Source: a virus (taxonomy: Duplodnaviria > Caudoviricetes). From it: a stretch of 60,527 nucleotides of DNA. Within the stretch, counting starts at the first letter, position 1. Every line of letters begins with the position of its first letter. The notes beneath the pieces are model-generated. The model had not been told where the DNA came from, made no database searches, and saw only the letters and a program-made list of their open reading frames with translations. Shown in pieces: positions 30,911-40,834 of the stretch. The position numbers were made by a program, and so were the translations under genes. Location: positions 1 through 60,527 of the IMG/VR virus record IMGVR_UViG_3300043811_000231. The stretch is one strand, 5' to 3'.

Positions 30911-31624
30911 ATGCCTTCAAACGAACCGCCCGAAGTTCCTCCCGTCCCTGCGCACATCGCCAACGCCTCCGAAGTTCTTTCGGTCCTCAACACGGAGCTC
31001 ACCTGCTACCGGGTCTTGTCAGCCAAAAAAGCCGCCGAAACCGATTCGATGCAGGCACCCACGAGCTACCAGACGTATCGCTATTTTATCGGAGCTCTAA
31101 AAGACGCCCAGGATCTTCTCCACGTAATGTGCAAGGTGGCAGAAGTGCAGTTGCGCGCCGCCGATGAAGCACTGCAGAGCGATCTTTTGAATCTCGCGGA
31201 GTGCTCGGATTCGGCCGAATCGCGGGTTGAAAAGTGCATGTTTGGCCCGTTTCAACTCGACAATCTACCGCCTGGCAATCCCGGCGAACCTGATTTCGAA
31301 CGGTTGCTCAAGCCGAAGATTGCTCTCAACCGTGCGTACTCACAGCTGATGCACCAGTTGGCGGTCCTGCACACGGCCCTTTTCTCTCCCACCTACAAAC
31401 TGGACTTGACGGAAGAAGAACGGTTGACGGCGTGGCGCGCCCACCGCAAGTCCGAACTCGAAAAGGTACTGGCCAATATCCAGGCCGAAATCGAAGACAA
31501 CCTGAAGTACGCCGCGGCGCTGGCAAAGGCCAAAGAGAACGTGGAAGAAAAAATCTCCACCAACGACGCCATGACATTTGTTACCGGGATTGATTCGGAA
31601 AAAACGCCCGAGAGCGGCGACTAA
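30911..31624 (+). CDS. Hypothetical coiled-coil protein
   Basis: 237-aa ORF after an intergenic gap. Confidence 0.6.
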   Translation: MPSNEPPEVPPVPAHIANASEVLSVLNTELTCYRVLSAKKAAETDSMQAPTSYQTYRYFIGALKDAQDLLHVMCKVAEVQLRAADEALQSDLLNLAECSDSAESRVEKCMFGPFQLDNLPPGNPGEPDFERLLKPKIALNRAYSQLMHQLAVLHTALFSPTYKLDLTEEERLTAWRAHRKSELEKVLANIQAEIEDNLKYAAALAKAKENVEEKISTNDAMTFVTGIDSEKTPESGD

Positions 31625-31628
31625 ATTT

Positions 31629-32024
31629 ATGACACAAGAAACAAAACCACAAGCTCGGCAGCTCACGGACCACCGTGTGAACGGCCTTAATGAAGCAATC
31701 ATAATCGAAGTTCTCGACAATCCAGGCGACGGCGGCGCAAATCACGAATACCGGATCAGCCTAAAAACCACACCAAATGCTGTTCAGGAAGTATGTGAAG
31801 TTCACTTTCAAAACGGCCCGGTTCTCGAAAGCACTTACAATGGGATTTCGAACGAAGCTCTTGTCGCAATTGTAATCGATCGCATGCGTGGCTTTCAATC
31901 TGGCAAATTTTCTTGCCGGGAAAATGCCGTGGCGCTGACCAAGCTGGAAGAAGCTATGATGTGGTTCCAAAAACGTACGCGCGACCGGCTGGCCCGGGGT
32001 GTCGAAGGTACGCACGGCGTCTGA
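31629..32024 (+). CDS. tad1: Tad1-family anti-defence nucleotide sponge
   Basis: GGANHEY, FQNGP, DRMRGFQSGKFSCRENAVALTKLEEAMMW..RTRDR..RGVEGT match the Tad1 signature. Confidence 0.85.
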   Translation: MTQETKPQARQLTDHRVNGLNEAIIIEVLDNPGDGGANHEYRISLKTTPNAVQEVCEVHFQNGPVLESTYNGISNEALVAIVIDRMRGFQSGKFSCRENAVALTKLEEAMMWFQKRTRDRLARGVEGTHGV

Positions 32025-32040
32025 TTTTTCGTATTACCAA

Positions 32041-32997
32041 ATGTCCGCTTTCTTCAAAGGCCAGACTGCAGTTGGAGCTCCAATAGGCTCCAATCGTAGG
32101 TACACGCCGTGGGCCAAGCGCCAGGAAAAACAGCATTCGATCCTGTGGTTGATCGAGCACGCAGTCACGCTGGAGATGCTGCAGGACGTACTCAAAGGTG
32201 CTGCGTACCAGACCAACGCCTCCCCTGATACGCGGCGCCGCTGGGCCGACGCCGCAGAGAAGCGCGCCTTCATCCTGAGGCACCGGCCTCCCATTTATGA
32301 AAAAATCTCCGTCGAAGAAACCGGACTCCAAAAACAAAAGCCGGGCACCGTCGAAAGCTTTGAAGCCGCGCGCCGTGAAACCTTGGGGTTTTTGGGGCTT
32401 GCCCCGGATGCACCGGAACAGCGCATCGCTCAAGTCCTGCAGCACGAAGAGCTCAAAAACCTCGTTGCGATCGAAGCAGCGGAAGTACCGCGCCCTGTTG
32501 ACCCTGCTGCAGTGGTACTTCGAGAGAGCGAAGGCGCGCTCCGTACTTACTCAGATGGCGTCAAGTACGGCCTCGACGCGTCGAAGACGGTCACGCGCAT
32601 GCAAGTCGTAGCGCGGCGCACCAAGTGCCCTCCATGGCCCACTCCTGGGCTACAAGCGAATCCAATCGATCCAGCGGAGTACACCTGCACAGAATGGGAC
32701 GTGCTCTTTTTCTGCGGCCTGCAGGACATCACACGGGAAGTTGTGACTGAGTCTCATCCTGACCAAATGCGGAAATCGCATGTCACGCCAAATGCGGCCG
32801 TGTTCAACGCAGAGTCCGGCGTGGCACCCGTGGCTTGGAAGCTTTGGATCGAAAGTCGGTTCGGAACAAAAATTGAGTACGACCAAAGCAACCTTTCCAT
32901 ACAGCGTCTGCCTCGTGGCCAGCTGGCCCGCGGTTCAACTCCCCTCGAAACCATCGAAGCGGCGCTCAAACGCTGCGACGACATACCTGCCTTTTAA
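32041..32997 (+). CDS. Hypothetical protein
   Basis: Long ORF in operon context. Confidence 0.6.
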   Translation: MSAFFKGQTAVGAPIGSNRRYTPWAKRQEKQHSILWLIEHAVTLEMLQDVLKGAAYQTNASPDTRRRWADAAEKRAFILRHRPPIYEKISVEETGLQKQKPGTVESFEAARRETLGFLGLAPDAPEQRIAQVLQHEELKNLVAIEAAEVPRPVDPAAVVLRESEGALRTYSDGVKYGLDASKTVTRMQVVARRTKCPPWPTPGLQANPIDPAEYTCTEWDVLFFCGLQDITREVVTESHPDQMRKSHVTPNAAVFNAESGVAPVAWKLWIESRFGTKIEYDQSNLSIQRLPRGQLARGSTPLETIEAALKRCDDIPAF

Positions 32998-32998
32998 C

Positions 32999-33352
32999 AT
33001 GTTTGGATTCAAAAAACGCAAATCGACCCGGGAGATCGACGACTATCGTATTCGTAAAATCGCTGAAAGCGTTTCGAGCGATTGGCACGAAAAACCTCGT
33101 CCAAAGACATGCTGCGTTTTATCCCTGGGCGAAGTGCAAATGCTAATTCCTTCGACAAAAGCAATCTTCGATGCCCCGATGGGCAACCTCGAACTAGCGC
33201 AGCTGTTCGACACGCTGAACAACAGCGTGATTATCCCAAAAGCGCCATGGGCTCCGACGCCTCACAAATTCAATCACTTGGTACAGATGCCTCAAAACGA
33301 TCCAAAAGGCATCTGCTACTACATTCCGGCATTTGTCTTTTATTCCACATGA
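32999..33352 (+). CDS. Hypothetical protein
   Basis: Operon context. Confidence 0.5.
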   Translation: MFGFKKRKSTREIDDYRIRKIAESVSSDWHEKPRPKTCCVLSLGEVQMLIPSTKAIFDAPMGNLELAQLFDTLNNSVIIPKAPWAPTPHKFNHLVQMPQNDPKGICYYIPAFVFYST

Positions 33353-33765
33353 AACCCAAAGTCACAACCACCTTCACGTTTATTTACAAGACCGACCACG
33401 GCAACGGACGCATCATTGAACGCGTGATGACGGAAACAGGCAGCCGCGAACGTGCCCGCCGACTGTGGCACACCTTCCGTTCGATCTGCGGGGGTTCGTC
33501 GCAGGTGCGGTTGTGCAAAAAAGTTGTGGTGCATCGTGTCAATTGGACTCGTTTTCGGCTATTCAACGGATCTGGTACGGAGATTCCGTTTGCCGGCCAA
33601 ATTTTTAATTCGATCGATTCTCTGGCCCAAGAAATCGGCGCCAATCCCGTTACCCTCCGTGCCGCCCTGAGCCGAGCCCGCAGAGTGAAAAAGAATAAAA
33701 ACGGTTGTTTCACGTCCTCAAACAGTGCCACGGTCCGTGGAGTGACTTATGCCTACGCCGCGTAG
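33349..33765 (+). CDS. Protein with NUMOD1/HTH-like domain
   Basis: IFNSIDSLAQEIGANPVTL..ALSRARR; paralog of 20604..21311. Confidence 0.55.
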   Translation: MKPKVTTTFTFIYKTDHGNGRIIERVMTETGSRERARRLWHTFRSICGGSSQVRLCKKVVVHRVNWTRFRLFNGSGTEIPFAGQIFNSIDSLAQEIGANPVTLRAALSRARRVKKNKNGCFTSSNSATVRGVTYAYAA

Positions 33766-33940
33766 AAAAGTGGGGCGCCCCAGGACAGAGCGCATCCGCA
33801 CAGTATGCACTTTTTCAGACGCCGGTTTGAAGCGTTTAGACTACCTGCGAAAGAAAAAAGCCCGCGGGATTTACCTCGAAGGGCTGGTGATGAAAGTCCC
33901 GCTCGATCCCTTTGAAAGCTTTCGTCTTCTCAAAAAGTGA
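33749..33940 (+). CDS. Small basic, possibly ribbon-helix-helix, DNA-binding protein
   Basis: GRPRT followed by strand-helix-helix pattern. Confidence 0.45.
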   Translation: MPTPRRKVGRPRTERIRTVCTFSDAGLKRLDYLRKKKARGIYLEGLVMKVPLDPFESFRLLKK

Positions 33941-35334
33941 GTTTGTCCCTTCGATCGTACCAGCAGCCTCACTTTGTGAAGTTGCTTCAATCCCTGATCC
34001 TCAATGACTTTGCGCATGACGGATCCGACACGGGCGTTGGGAAGACGTATATCGGTGCGGCGTTGGTAAAAGCCCTTGGCGAAGAAGCACTGATCATTTG
34101 TCCGCTCTCGATCGTACACGACTGGGAAGAGGCATTGCACGGATTCGGCGCATTCAATTACACCGTGATCAACTACGAAAGCGCCTGGCGCCGGCTGGGC
34201 GCCGTACGGCCCTGGGGGTCCGGCTCATTTTTTCAGTTCCACCGGAAATACCCATTGACGGTATTCGACGAAGTACACCGGGCCGGCGGAGAGACTACGA
34301 TCAATTCAAAAATGCTGATCGCCGCCAAGCGCGCCGGCGGAAAAGTGACCACAATCTCCGCCACAGTGGCGGACTCTCCGATGCGGATGAAAGCTTTTGG
34401 TTTTGCCGCGGGCCTTCACGATCTGCGCGACTACACGACTTTTCTGCTGGAGCACCAGTGTAAGCCTGGCACGTTTGGAGGATGGACTTTTTCCAGCAAC
34501 GAACACCCCGAGGTGCTTCCAATTCTCCACGACAAAATTTACGGCCGTGGCCTTGGGAGCCGGCTTCGCAAATCTGAAATCCCAAATTTCCCTAAATCGA
34601 CGACGGAGGTGCGCTTGTTGGGCAACCCGGACAAAACGCTGCTGCGCATGAGTGAAGAGCTTCGGGGGTACTACAACGGCCGCGCGGTTGTGGCTGAACA
34701 GTTTGCCAGGAAAGCAGAGGAAAAGAGGGAACGTGAACGGCTCGCGGCCGAAGCCAACGGCGAGGAGTACGACGAAGACAAGCCGACCGGCGAAGAGATG
34801 GCCCGGCTTATTTTCCTCCGGCAGTCGCTGGAAGCGGCCATGATCCCGTTGATCGGCGACCAGATCGAAGACGCCTTGGAGGATTCCAAGGTGGCTGTGT
34901 TCTGCAGCTTCAATGAAACGATTGAGCAGCTGAAAAAACTGGCGTCCTCGAAAAAGTGGACCTGCGGCGTGATCCGCGGCACCCAGAGCAAACGCAAAGA
35001 CGCCGCGCGGGAGGAGACGATCAAAGCTTTTCAGGCGAACCAGCTGGATTGCCTTTTTTGCAACAGCGAAGCCGGCGGGGTGGGAGTTTCTCTTCACGAC
35101 CCGGTGACGCAAATCCCCCGCACGATGTTCATCTGTCCGACATTTTCCGGCATCACTCTCAAACAAGTGCTGGGACGCGGCTCACGACTTGACGGCGGCT
35201 TCTGCCGAAACATACTTTTATTTTTTGAAGACAGCTACCAGGGAGTTATAGCCCGTATTGTCAGAGGTAAACTGAACAACATCGATTTGATCAACGATGC
35301 AGACCTGACCGGAAATTTTAAATTTAATGCTTGA
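33937..35334 (+). CDS. Superfamily 2 helicase
   Basis: DTGVGKT, DEVH, SAT, AGGVGVSL, QVLGRGSR motifs. Confidence 0.9.
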   Translation: MSLSLRSYQQPHFVKLLQSLILNDFAHDGSDTGVGKTYIGAALVKALGEEALIICPLSIVHDWEEALHGFGAFNYTVINYESAWRRLGAVRPWGSGSFFQFHRKYPLTVFDEVHRAGGETTINSKMLIAAKRAGGKVTTISATVADSPMRMKAFGFAAGLHDLRDYTTFLLEHQCKPGTFGGWTFSSNEHPEVLPILHDKIYGRGLGSRLRKSEIPNFPKSTTEVRLLGNPDKTLLRMSEELRGYYNGRAVVAEQFARKAEEKRERERLAAEANGEEYDEDKPTGEEMARLIFLRQSLEAAMIPLIGDQIEDALEDSKVAVFCSFNETIEQLKKLASSKKWTCGVIRGTQSKRKDAAREETIKAFQANQLDCLFCNSEAGGVGVSLHDPVTQIPRTMFICPTFSGITLKQVLGRGSRLDGGFCRNILLFFEDSYQGVIARIVRGKLNNIDLINDADLTGNFKFNA

Positions 35335-35382
35335 CGCAACCGAACGGTAGGTTCACAAAACCCAACACTGGCTTTAAAACCT

Positions 35383-35508
35383 ATGCAAACCGAAACGAAA
35401 AACCCAGCAGCGGTCATTCTCGGATCGATGAAATCTCCGAAAAAAGCGCGGGCTGCAAGAATTAACGGCAAAAAAGGAGGGCGTCCCTCCAAAAAGAAAA
35501 AATCATGA
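35383..35508 (+). CDS. Small basic protein (41 aa; not in ORF track)
   Basis: MQTETKNPAAVILGSMKSPKKARAARINGKKGGRPSKKKKS; stop overlaps next ATG. Confidence 0.6.
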   Translation: MQTETKNPAAVILGSMKSPKKARAARINGKKGGRPSKKKKS

Positions 35509-36848
35509 CTCCTACCGAACAAGCTCCCCCCGATTCCCATTTGGGATCCGACAATCGCTATCACCACAAATACGGTTTTTCATTTATCGCCACGATTGAA
35601 AAATGCCCGGCTGCCGAACGTTCGGAAAAAGCAGCCAAAAACCTCAAGGACGCCGGCGAGCGCGGCACGGAGCTTCACTTGATCCTTGAGCACATCGTCG
35701 AAGATTGGGCATTCGCCATCGAGAGTGGCAAACCTGTCAGCCTGGACACAATCGCGTATCGCACCGGCCCACGCGGCTCAAAACCACCCGTTCTCTCTGT
35801 ACCTGACATCAGTGCAATTCGAAAAGTCGTCGAAGAAATCAAGCCCTTTTTCTCCGTCGAGAAAGGCATGCTGCTCGGAACGGAGGAAAGGATTGATCTT
35901 CGTGGCGGCGACGGGGAGGTAATCTCCTTCGGGTACTACGATCTCTTTCTCAAGCTAGGCCGCACCGTTCTTATCATCGATCACAAGTTTGTCCGCAAGG
36001 AAGTCGAAGGGGCGGAAAAAAACCGCCAAGGCCACGCGCTCGCAGTTTCGGTGTGGCAACAGTACGCCGAGGTGGACGACGTGGTTGTGCTTTTCACGAT
36101 GCCCGACTGCGGATCTTCAATCCACCGGTTCAACCGGACAACCGACGAACTCCGGCTCTTCAACGAGCTGATGCAAATTTTCGCTCTCAAGGAACATCCC
36201 TTCAAAGTCATCCAGGCCGGCGATCACTGCGTGTACTGCCGTCACCGCTACAAATGCCCCGCTGCCATCGGCACTGTCAAAACGATGGTAACGGCGATCG
36301 AGCCGTTGGCGGTTCCTCCGAACTTTGCACCGCACCTGATCCAGACCGCCGAAGACATGGCAATTCTCCGCTACTGGGCCGACACCGTCTCAACCATCAT
36401 CGACGCGATCAAAGAGACTTCGCTTGAGTGGGCACAAAAATCAGAGGAAGGGATCGCTGCCGACGTTAACGGTCAGCATGTCGAGTATCGCGTCATTTCT
36501 CGCGCGTTGCCGCGAAAGGTGGAAAGCCCGTTTGCCGTCTGGGACGCATTCAAAGAATGGCTGCCCGTCGAAGCCGTTCTTTCCGCCAGCAAAGTTGGTA
36601 TTACGGATCTTGAAACCGCTGTAGTAGCTGTCCTTTCCGACCGGCTGATTGCTGAGGGAAAAACGCCCAACGCCACGGCGCTTGCCAAAGATTTTTCAGC
36701 GGCGCTGATCGAAAAAGGGCTGCTCACCCAGGAAGAAGGCCGTACATTTTTTCTGAAACGCGTCAAGGCCAGCGCTCGAAAGAAAAAAGGCACCGAAGCG
36801 CCCGCACTTACGGAAGGCGAGCCCAGTGTACCAGGCGAAGCCCAATAA
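35505..36848 (+). CDS. Cas4-like PD-(D/E)XK exonuclease (DUF2800-like)
   Basis: GTELH, YDL...IIDHKF, C-terminal HCVYC...CP. Confidence 0.85.
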   Translation: MTPTEQAPPDSHLGSDNRYHHKYGFSFIATIEKCPAAERSEKAAKNLKDAGERGTELHLILEHIVEDWAFAIESGKPVSLDTIAYRTGPRGSKPPVLSVPDISAIRKVVEEIKPFFSVEKGMLLGTEERIDLRGGDGEVISFGYYDLFLKLGRTVLIIDHKFVRKEVEGAEKNRQGHALAVSVWQQYAEVDDVVVLFTMPDCGSSIHRFNRTTDELRLFNELMQIFALKEHPFKVIQAGDHCVYCRHRYKCPAAIGTVKTMVTAIEPLAVPPNFAPHLIQTAEDMAILRYWADTVSTIIDAIKETSLEWAQKSEEGIAADVNGQHVEYRVISRALPRKVESPFAVWDAFKEWLPVEAVLSASKVGITDLETAVVAVLSDRLIAEGKTPNATALAKDFSAALIEKGLLTQEEGRTFFLKRVKASARKKKGTEAPALTEGEPSVPGEAQ

Positions 36849-36883
36849 TTTTTCTGAAACAAAACCAGTCAAAACAAAATACC

Positions 36884-38140
36884 ATGCCTAAAGAAGTCCT
36901 GCGCTCCGGCGCATCCGAGCCGACAACGCCGGCTCCAACTCCCGCGGAATTGCCCGGCAATTCTCCATTTACGCCCCAAGAAAGCGCCCAGATCCAAGAG
37001 ATGGACAGCCGGTTGAAAGCGATGTCGCTTGAGCCCCATCTGATCTCCGCCGCTTTGGAAGCCGAAAAGAAAAAGATCATGAAGGCCCGCAAGCCGGTCG
37101 ATCCCGAAAAAGCCTTGTTTCCTGCCCAGGCTGCTGCTCCGGACGCACCTGCAGCGACTCCCGCTTCCCAGCCAGCCGCCGCAAAGGCCACAAAGCCGGC
37201 CGCACCCAAGCCCACGGCTCCGGCTCCGGCGCCGGCTGCGCCTCCGCCCCGTGCCCCTACCGATGAAGAGCTGCGTCAGGCGTACGAGGAAGACCACGGC
37301 GCCGAGCCGGCGCCCCAAGAAACACGCAACGCTCCGGAGCCGGGCCACGTCGATGACTCTGAAGACGAAGCCGCGTCTGCCGTTGTTATTCAAAACCATT
37401 GGTCAAAGGCATCGGGCGGCGCGATCACCGGTCCGGTGGACCGCACCGATTTCAAAACGCCGCAAGTCAAGATCGTGCAGGGGTCAGGACCCCTGAGCCA
37501 GAAGTTCAACCAAGGCACGTTGATCTTCATGGACCAGGTGATCTTCGGGCCGCCCGACCCGCAAAAGCCGGGACCGCCGATCAATTTCATCCCTGTGGCA
37601 CTCCAAAAGTATTTCCGTGAAAATCTGGAGCGCGACCCGGTGACGAAAAAGGTGCCGATTGACCCCACGACAGGCGAGCCCATGCAGCCCCGCAACGCCA
37701 ACACCGCCCAGGATGTCAAAGACCTTGGCGGCACGACGGAATTTACCGTCAGTTCGGAAGGCAAACGTCTCAAGCCATCGTGGGCGCCGGCCGCACGCTG
37801 CGTCGTCATTTTGGAACGTCCCGAGGGATGCACCCACGAAGGCTTTACGATCGCCATCAACATCGGAGGCAAGGATCGGTACTTCGCGCCGGCCATCATC
37901 TTTGTCAACGGCGGTCAATACCGCTCGTTTTTCAAGCCGATCATCGATGCCACGAACTTCATCCTTTGCGAAGGAACCGGCCCGTCGCGCAAGATTATCC
38001 TCGAAAAACGGGTTTGGAAGCTCCAAGTTGTGAAGGAGCTCTCCGGAGAGAATATGGTCTTCAATCCGCGTGTGGAGATGCTGCCCGAGGCATCGTCACC
38101 CGAACTACGGGAACTCGCATCCAGTTTGCGCGGCGCCTAA
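36884..38140 (+). CDS. Putative ssDNA-binding/recombination protein
   Basis: Pro/Ala-rich N-terminus; PQVKIVQGSG motif; lies between exonuclease and primase. Confidence 0.5.
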   Translation: MPKEVLRSGASEPTTPAPTPAELPGNSPFTPQESAQIQEMDSRLKAMSLEPHLISAALEAEKKKIMKARKPVDPEKALFPAQAAAPDAPAATPASQPAAAKATKPAAPKPTAPAPAPAAPPPRAPTDEELRQAYEEDHGAEPAPQETRNAPEPGHVDDSEDEAASAVVIQNHWSKASGGAITGPVDRTDFKTPQVKIVQGSGPLSQKFNQGTLIFMDQVIFGPPDPQKPGPPINFIPVALQKYFRENLERDPVTKKVPIDPTTGEPMQPRNANTAQDVKDLGGTTEFTVSSEGKRLKPSWAPAARCVVILERPEGCTHEGFTIAINIGGKDRYFAPAIIFVNGGQYRSFFKPIIDATNFILCEGTGPSRKIILEKRVWKLQVVKELSGENMVFNPRVEMLPEASSPELRELASSLRGA

Positions 38141-38204
38141 CGCCGCCAATATAAAAGTTCGTTCAACTGCCGGTGGGCCTGCAAACCACCGGGATTTTTA
38201 TCCC

Positions 38205-38603
38205 GTGTCCAAAAGCCTCCAGCTTTGTCAAACACCGTTTTGTCGCAACGCCCGTTCAAAATCGAACGGATCGAGATTCTGCTATAAATGTGACTCGCGC
38301 AAGTATCGGCAGCGCGACCCAATCAGGGCGGCGTACTATGCTTTGAGAGCCCACGCCGCGCAGCGGGGCGTTACATTCCTGCTGGGGCGGTCGGAGTTCG
38401 AAGAGTGGTGTAAAGAAACCAATTACGTCGAACTCAAGGGACGTTTTAAAGACGACATGTCGGTGGACCGTCTACGGGAAGGTGAACCGTACTCGATCGG
38501 CAACATCCAGATTCTCACGGTGGGTGAAAACGCGGCGAAAATACGAGCCCACGAAAAAGCCATAGCCTCAACAACTGCGACAACCGAGCCGAAGCCTTTT
38601 TGA
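38205..38603 (+). CDS. HNH-type endonuclease
   Basis: N-terminal Cys pairs; SVDR...Y..GNIQILT..EN. Confidence 0.7.
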   Translation: MSKSLQLCQTPFCRNARSKSNGSRFCYKCDSRKYRQRDPIRAAYYALRAHAAQRGVTFLLGRSEFEEWCKETNYVELKGRFKDDMSVDRLREGEPYSIGNIQILTVGENAAKIRAHEKAIASTTATTEPKPF

Positions 38604-40834
38604 TGGCCACGAGTCCGCTAATTTTTCCGACATGGCCCAACCTCAGTGAAAAAACTGCGGTGCTGGCTGGACAGCCTTGGGATTGGGATGTGACAGCGGA
38701 AGACGTGACGCGTGTGCGATCGATGCCGAAGGCCGACCGCAAAAAATATATGGAGCGTTCGGATGTGTTGTGGCAGGTGTATTCGTGCGCCAAGGGCGAA
38801 AACTGGTTCCACCCAATTTCCGGAGAAAACCCTCCGTATCAAATTTTAGCCTTCGCGGCCGATTATGATCTGCCGATTGAGTTTCAGTTCGTCGAGGCTG
38901 CTTGTCGTCAGCAACTGAAGCTTGGCGGTTACTGCCCCACTCACGTCGAAACGACACTCTCCAAACACATTCGATGCCTCTGGCTTTTTGAACGTCCTGT
39001 CCTCTGCCCCAACAAAAAATTTGCCGACGAATTTTTAATCCGGCTGGGCAAACTGATCCAAGCAGATGCTTTTCTGCCAGGCATCGATCGCAAGTCTTAC
39101 GACGTGGCGATGCGTTGGACCAATGGAGGATACTGGCACGAATTGAGTTTTTCCAAGCCGGTAGCGGCCGACATTTTGACCGGTCTGGCGGTCAAGACCC
39201 ACACCGCAACAGCAACGAGGAAAACCGATCTTCCGCTCAATGCAGTGGCAAATCTGTTGTTGGCAAAATACCCGCGATTCGAAAAATTCTGCGCCGGGAC
39301 TTTAAGACTGCACGGCACAGGCATCCGCTTCTGGGATGAAAAGGCCGACAATCCCAACGGCGCCATGGTGGTCGAAAAGGGATTCACCTGCGTTACCGGT
39401 GACAAGCCTTTGATGACGTGGGAGGAGCTGCTGGGAAAAACCGTCGTGGAGAATCTGCGCTTGACCAATTACGGGGAAGTCGCCGGAGATCTCTACTTTG
39501 ATGGGATAAAATATTGGGTGAACTCCCATAAAGTTTACCAGCATCTGGAGCGTGCAGATACGCTGCTGCGCATCGCTTCATTTGGGTTCGACCGCTCCCG
39601 AAAAAAGGATGAGCCCATGAGTCCGGCCGAACAAGTGTTGAGTTACATCCATAATGAAAACCGCGTGGATGGCGCGGCGCCCCTCTTGTATCAGCCCCAA
39701 GGGATCGTGCATTACCAAGGCAACACGATTCTTAATATCAGCCGGGCCAAGCCGATGCAGATGGCGGACAAAGAGCACGCGATGCCGGAGGACTTTCCGT
39801 GGCTCTGGAACTTTTTCAACGTGGTCTTTGCCCATCCCGAACTTCTGCCACGGGAGCATTATTTTGCGTGGTGGCGCCGATTCTACATGGGCGCTTTGGA
39901 ATGCAAACCAACCAACGGTCAGGCAATATTTATCTGCGGTCCGCCAGGCTGTGGCAAAAACTTCATCTCCGAACTTCTGCTGCCAATGAGCATGGGCGGC
40001 TCAGCTCCCAATCCGTACCGTTATCTGATGGGCGACACGGATTTTTCCGATGATATTTTTGCTTCACCGGTTTTGGCGATAAACGACGAAGACGCGCCTC
40101 CAGAGCAGAAACGCACGATCTTCGAACAAAAGGTCAAGGGCATGGTGGCAAACAACGAGCACAGCTACCATCCCAAGTTCATGAAAAAAGTCCGCATTGA
40201 ATGGGGCGGACGGCTGGTGTGCACGCTCAACGACGGTCCGAAGGACGTGGAGCTGCTGGTGGGAATTAACGTCAACACCTTCCACAAGGTCAGTTATTTT
40301 TTGGCCCAAAAACATAGCCACGTGTTTTACGACAAGCACAAAAACCGGACGATCGCAGAGAAAGAACTGCCGTTTTTCCTGCGCTGGCTGGTGGACACGT
40401 GGAAGCCTCCGGCCGAAGTTATCGATGTGGGCCGCTTCGGCGTAAAACCGTTTCACGACCCATCATTGATCAAGAGTAACCGCCAGGGTCAGATCAGTTA
40501 CAACTTGCTCGAACTGCTCAGTGCGTGGATGTCAGCGGATCCGAAATGGAACGGCAAGCAGCCCATCTGGCAGGGAACGCCCACGGACTTGCTGAAGGCC
40601 ATGACGCAGGATCAATCATTGGAGGTACTGCTTAAAAATTGGGATCCGACACGGCTTGGCCGTTCCTTGGGCGACCTAGCACGCGCAGAAACCCCCGGCG
40701 TCAGTTTCGATCCGCAGCATCGCGGCCGGCGTTATATTTTGGACAAGGTTCAAATCAGTGCGGCAGTACAAGGCATCACTGTTTCGACAAGTCCAACGCA
40801 GCTGCATTTTGGAGGTTCAAATGGCACGCCGTGA
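38603..40834 (+). CDS. Primase-helicase (DUF5906-like P-loop)
   Basis: ADYD primase-like motif; Walker A GPPGCGKN; Walker B AINDE. Confidence 0.8.
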   Translation: MATSPLIFPTWPNLSEKTAVLAGQPWDWDVTAEDVTRVRSMPKADRKKYMERSDVLWQVYSCAKGENWFHPISGENPPYQILAFAADYDLPIEFQFVEAACRQQLKLGGYCPTHVETTLSKHIRCLWLFERPVLCPNKKFADEFLIRLGKLIQADAFLPGIDRKSYDVAMRWTNGGYWHELSFSKPVAADILTGLAVKTHTATATRKTDLPLNAVANLLLAKYPRFEKFCAGTLRLHGTGIRFWDEKADNPNGAMVVEKGFTCVTGDKPLMTWEELLGKTVVENLRLTNYGEVAGDLYFDGIKYWVNSHKVYQHLERADTLLRIASFGFDRSRKKDEPMSPAEQVLSYIHNENRVDGAAPLLYQPQGIVHYQGNTILNISRAKPMQMADKEHAMPEDFPWLWNFFNVVFAHPELLPREHYFAWWRRFYMGALECKPTNGQAIFICGPPGCGKNFISELLLPMSMGGSAPNPYRYLMGDTDFSDDIFASPVLAINDEDAPPEQKRTIFEQKVKGMVANNEHSYHPKFMKKVRIEWGGRLVCTLNDGPKDVELLVGINVNTFHKVSYFLAQKHSHVFYDKHKNRTIAEKELPFFLRWLVDTWKPPAEVIDVGRFGVKPFHDPSLIKSNRQGQISYNLLELLSAWMSADPKWNGKQPIWQGTPTDLLKAMTQDQSLEVLLKNWDPTRLGRSLGDLARAETPGVSFDPQHRGRRYILDKVQISAAVQGITVSTSPTQLHFGGSNGTP

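Noticed and set aside
34306-35166. Long antisense ORFs here and at 10910..12067, 18011..18916, 43833..44816 and 48626..49474
   Set aside because: Shadows of GC-rich real genes with no recognisable motifs
35505-36848. Cas4-like gene as part of a CRISPR system
   Set aside because: No repeat-spacer array or other cas genes seen; this is the usual phage replication-module exonuclease
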